In this document: positions 18,931-20,964 of the stretch, one piece after another
How the letters are laid out: each line of letters starts with the position of its first letter
Position numbering within the stretch: position 1 is the first letter of the stretch
Origin: Candidatus Dadabacteria bacterium
Lineage (GTDB): Bacteria; Desulfobacterota_D; UBA1144; Nemesobacterales; CSP1-2
Assembly (NCBI GenBank): GCA_040289575.1
Contig: PSLL01000003.1
Span: forward strand, 1-20,964
Reading direction: 5' to 3'
DNA: 20,964 bases
Notes under the pieces: model-generated
Told to the model about the DNA's origin: nothing
Databases searched by the model: none
Seen by the model: only the letters and a program-made list of their open reading frames with translations
Position numbers and translations under genes: made by a program

Positions 18931-19038
18931 ATGGCAGAGTTACTTCGGCGAGCTATTGCTGAAATTGAGTAGATTCTATCTAATTGGTTCTGGATCGGTT
19001 CACATGCCGAGTATAACAAGTTGGTCAAGCATATGTAA
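18931..19038 (+). pseudogene. Collapsed toxin-antitoxin remnant (antitoxin-like N-terminus + ParE/RelE-like toxin C-terminus)
   Basis: Single frame reads MAELLRRAIAEIE*ILSNWFWIGSHAEYNKLVKHM*; both halves match patterns recalled from a common two-gene module. Confidence 0.65.
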
Positions 19039-19246
19039 TATGTAATTGGATCAACTAAAAAGCAAAGTACCATGTTCAAATTTCCGCACAGATCTTATCA
19101 TGTTTAGCGAAATCTAATCAGTTTTTATTTTTTTCCCATATTTGTCATTAAATAATTAATAGCCAAAATTTTGAGAAATATTTTTTCGTCATATATCATT
19201 AATAGCTCGTGTGGCGATTTTTAATTTTGATTAAATAGGGTGGATT

Positions 19247-20964
19247 TTGAATAAGAAGAAAACCCTTATGTCATTGATTTTGGGTTATAAATTTTCTGTC
19301 TTTGCCGGGATATTTGCGCTCTCCATAGTAGACCTCGCACAGCTCTCTATCCCGCAGATTATACAGAGGGCAATTGATGCGCTGACTATGAAGAATGCGG
19401 GGATTGGGGCCCTTACAAAATATGCCCTCTATATATTGGGACTGGCCTTTGTGATGTCCATCTTCAGGTTTTTATGGAGATATTTCATATTGGGAGCTTC
19501 TAGGAAGATAGAGCTTAATCTCCGAAATCGGTTCTTCTCACACCTTCAGAGCCTTTCCTTTAATTTCTATAACGAGAAGAAGACCGGAGACCTTATGGCC
19601 CATACGGTAAACGACATTGAGGCTATAAGGATGGCGTGTGGAATAGGTGTGGTTGTAGCCTATGACGGAATCTTGCTTCTCACTTTTATACTCGCCGCTA
19701 TGGCCTATGTGTCGCCGACCTTAACCCTATATGCCCTAATTCCCTTTCCTATACTAGCCCCCATTGTAGCTAAATTCGGAAAGGTAATAGAGGATAGATT
19801 TGAAAGGGTGCAGGCGTCTTTCTCCGATCTTACTGAGAATGCGAGAGAGTCTATCTCAGGGATAAAGGTGATAAAGGCATTTGTAAGGGAAAAAGACGAG
19901 ATTAAGGACTTCGAGAGTGCAAGCAACCATTATCTGGGCACGAGCCTTCATCTGATAAAAATAGAGAGTGTTTATCAACCCCTTATCACATTTATTGCCG
20001 GGCTCTCTACGGCGATATTCCTATGGATGGGGGGAAGACACACTATAACGCTTGACATCACGCTGGGTGATTTTGCTGCCATATCGGTTTATCTCGGTAT
20101 GCTCACGTGGCCTATGGTGGCAATGGGTTGGGCGGTTGACATTATTAAGCGAGGCAGTGCGTCGCTTAAGCGTGTTAATGAAATACTCCTTACGATGCCC
20201 GATGTGGGTGACCCTCCCAGTTCGATTGATGTTGAAATAAAAGGCAGAATCGAATTTAGAAACTTGAACTTCTCTTATCTCGACGGAAAAAAGGCTCTGA
20301 GTGATTTGAACCTGGACATACCCAGGGGAATGGCTCTTGGAATTACTGGGAGCACTGCCTCAGGTAAAACCACGCTCCTCAAACTTCTTATGAGGATAAT
20401 AGAGCCATCTGAGGGTCAAATATTTGTAGATGGAATTGATGTCAAGAGGATAAGAAAAGAGAGTTTAAGGAAAGGGATTATCTTCCTGCCTCAAGAAACC
20501 ACTATATTTAGCGGAACGATAAGGGATAATATCGCTTTTATGAATCCCAATGTCACCGACAGGGAGATTATAGAGGCTTCTAAATCCGCCCAAATCTATG
20601 ATGAGATAATGGGATTCTCCGGGGACTTCGACGCATTGGTCGGAGAAAGGGGACTCAGCCTCTCAGGTGGGCAGAGGCAGAGAATAGCGATTGCGAGGGC
20701 GATTCTCCTTAAACCGAGGGTGTTAATACTCGATGATGTCCTATCTTCTCTTGATCTAAGAACCGAAAACCTGGTGATTAAAAATCTGAGGGAAATAATG
20801 ATAGGGAAGACGCTCATTGTCGTATCGAGCAAGGTCCCATCAATCAGCTGTTTTGATAGGATTGCCGTCTTTGAAAAGGGAAAACTAGTTGAGTTTGGAA
20901 ATCACGATGAGCTTATGGCTGAAGATGGGATTTACGCAAGACTCTATAGGGTGCAGACGTTTGA
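19247..20964 (+). CDS. ABC exporter fused permease/ATPase (MdlA/TM287-like), runs off window end
   Basis: TMD with ASRKIELNLRNRFFSHLQ, KTGDLMAHTVNDIEAIR, ESISGIKVIKAF; Walker A GSTASGKTT, signature LSGGQRQR, Walker B LILDDVLSSLD; ends YARLYRVQTF at the edge. Start TTG 19247 or ATG 19268. Confidence 0.93.
   Translation, partial: MNKKKTLMSLILGYKFSVFAGIFALSIVDLAQLSIPQIIQRAIDALTMKNAGIGALTKYALYILGLAFVMSIFRFLWRYFILGASRKIELNLRNRFFSHLQSLSFNFYNEKKTGDLMAHTVNDIEAIRMACGIGVVVAYDGILLLTFILAAMAYVSPTLTLYALIPFPILAPIVAKFGKVIEDRFERVQASFSDLTENARESISGIKVIKAFVREKDEIKDFESASNHYLGTSLHLIKIESVYQPLITFIAGLSTAIFLWMGGRHTITLDITLGDFAAISVYLGMLTWPMVAMGWAVDIIKRGSASLKRVNEILLTMPDVGDPPSSIDVEIKGRIEFRNLNFSYLDGKKALSDLNLDIPRGMALGITGSTASGKTTLLKLLMRIIEPSEGQIFVDGIDVKRIRKESLRKGIIFLPQETTIFSGTIRDNIAFMNPNVTDREIIEASKSAQIYDEIMGFSGDFDALVGERGLSLSGGQRQRIAIARAILLKPRVLILDDVLSSLDLRTENLVIKNLREIMIGKTLIVVSSKVPSISCFDRIAVFEKGKLVEFGNHDELMAEDGIYARLYRVQTF

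Noticed and set aside
2361..20832. Numerous 60-176 aa ORFs antisense or out of frame to large genes (e.g. 2521..2820, 4355..4762, 8858..9256, 13322..13672, 18218..18748, 20596..20832)
   Set aside because: Shadow ORFs of well-supported genes with no motifs or start signals.

Overview
Bacterial chromosomal segment (AGA/AGG/ATA-rich codon usage; gene content suggests a Desulfobacterota/Dadabacteria-like lineage, which is an impression only). In order: 5' part of a sigma-70 family factor preceded by a 57-aa ORF and a consensus promoter; SPOR-domain protein; tRNA-Leu(CAG); frameshifted class-V aminotransferase; a standalone V4R/H-NOX-like protein; Xaa-Pro peptidase; a glgE-treS/mak-glgB alpha-glucan operon; an intergenic region that looks like a sigma-54-driven small RNA with upstream activator sites; an Mrr-like protein with degenerate catalytic residues flanked by two CxxC motifs; dienelactone hydrolase; aldo/keto reductase; a nitronate monooxygenase pseudogene; a DUF305 + YncE/YVTN propeller pair; a collapsed toxin-antitoxin remnant; and an ABC exporter subunit running off the end. 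No CRISPR array, integrase or transposase was seen. The best novelty candidates are the putative sigma-54 sRNA (about 12607-12750), the adjacent Mrr pseudo-nuclease, and a recurring leaderless-mRNA promoter layout.
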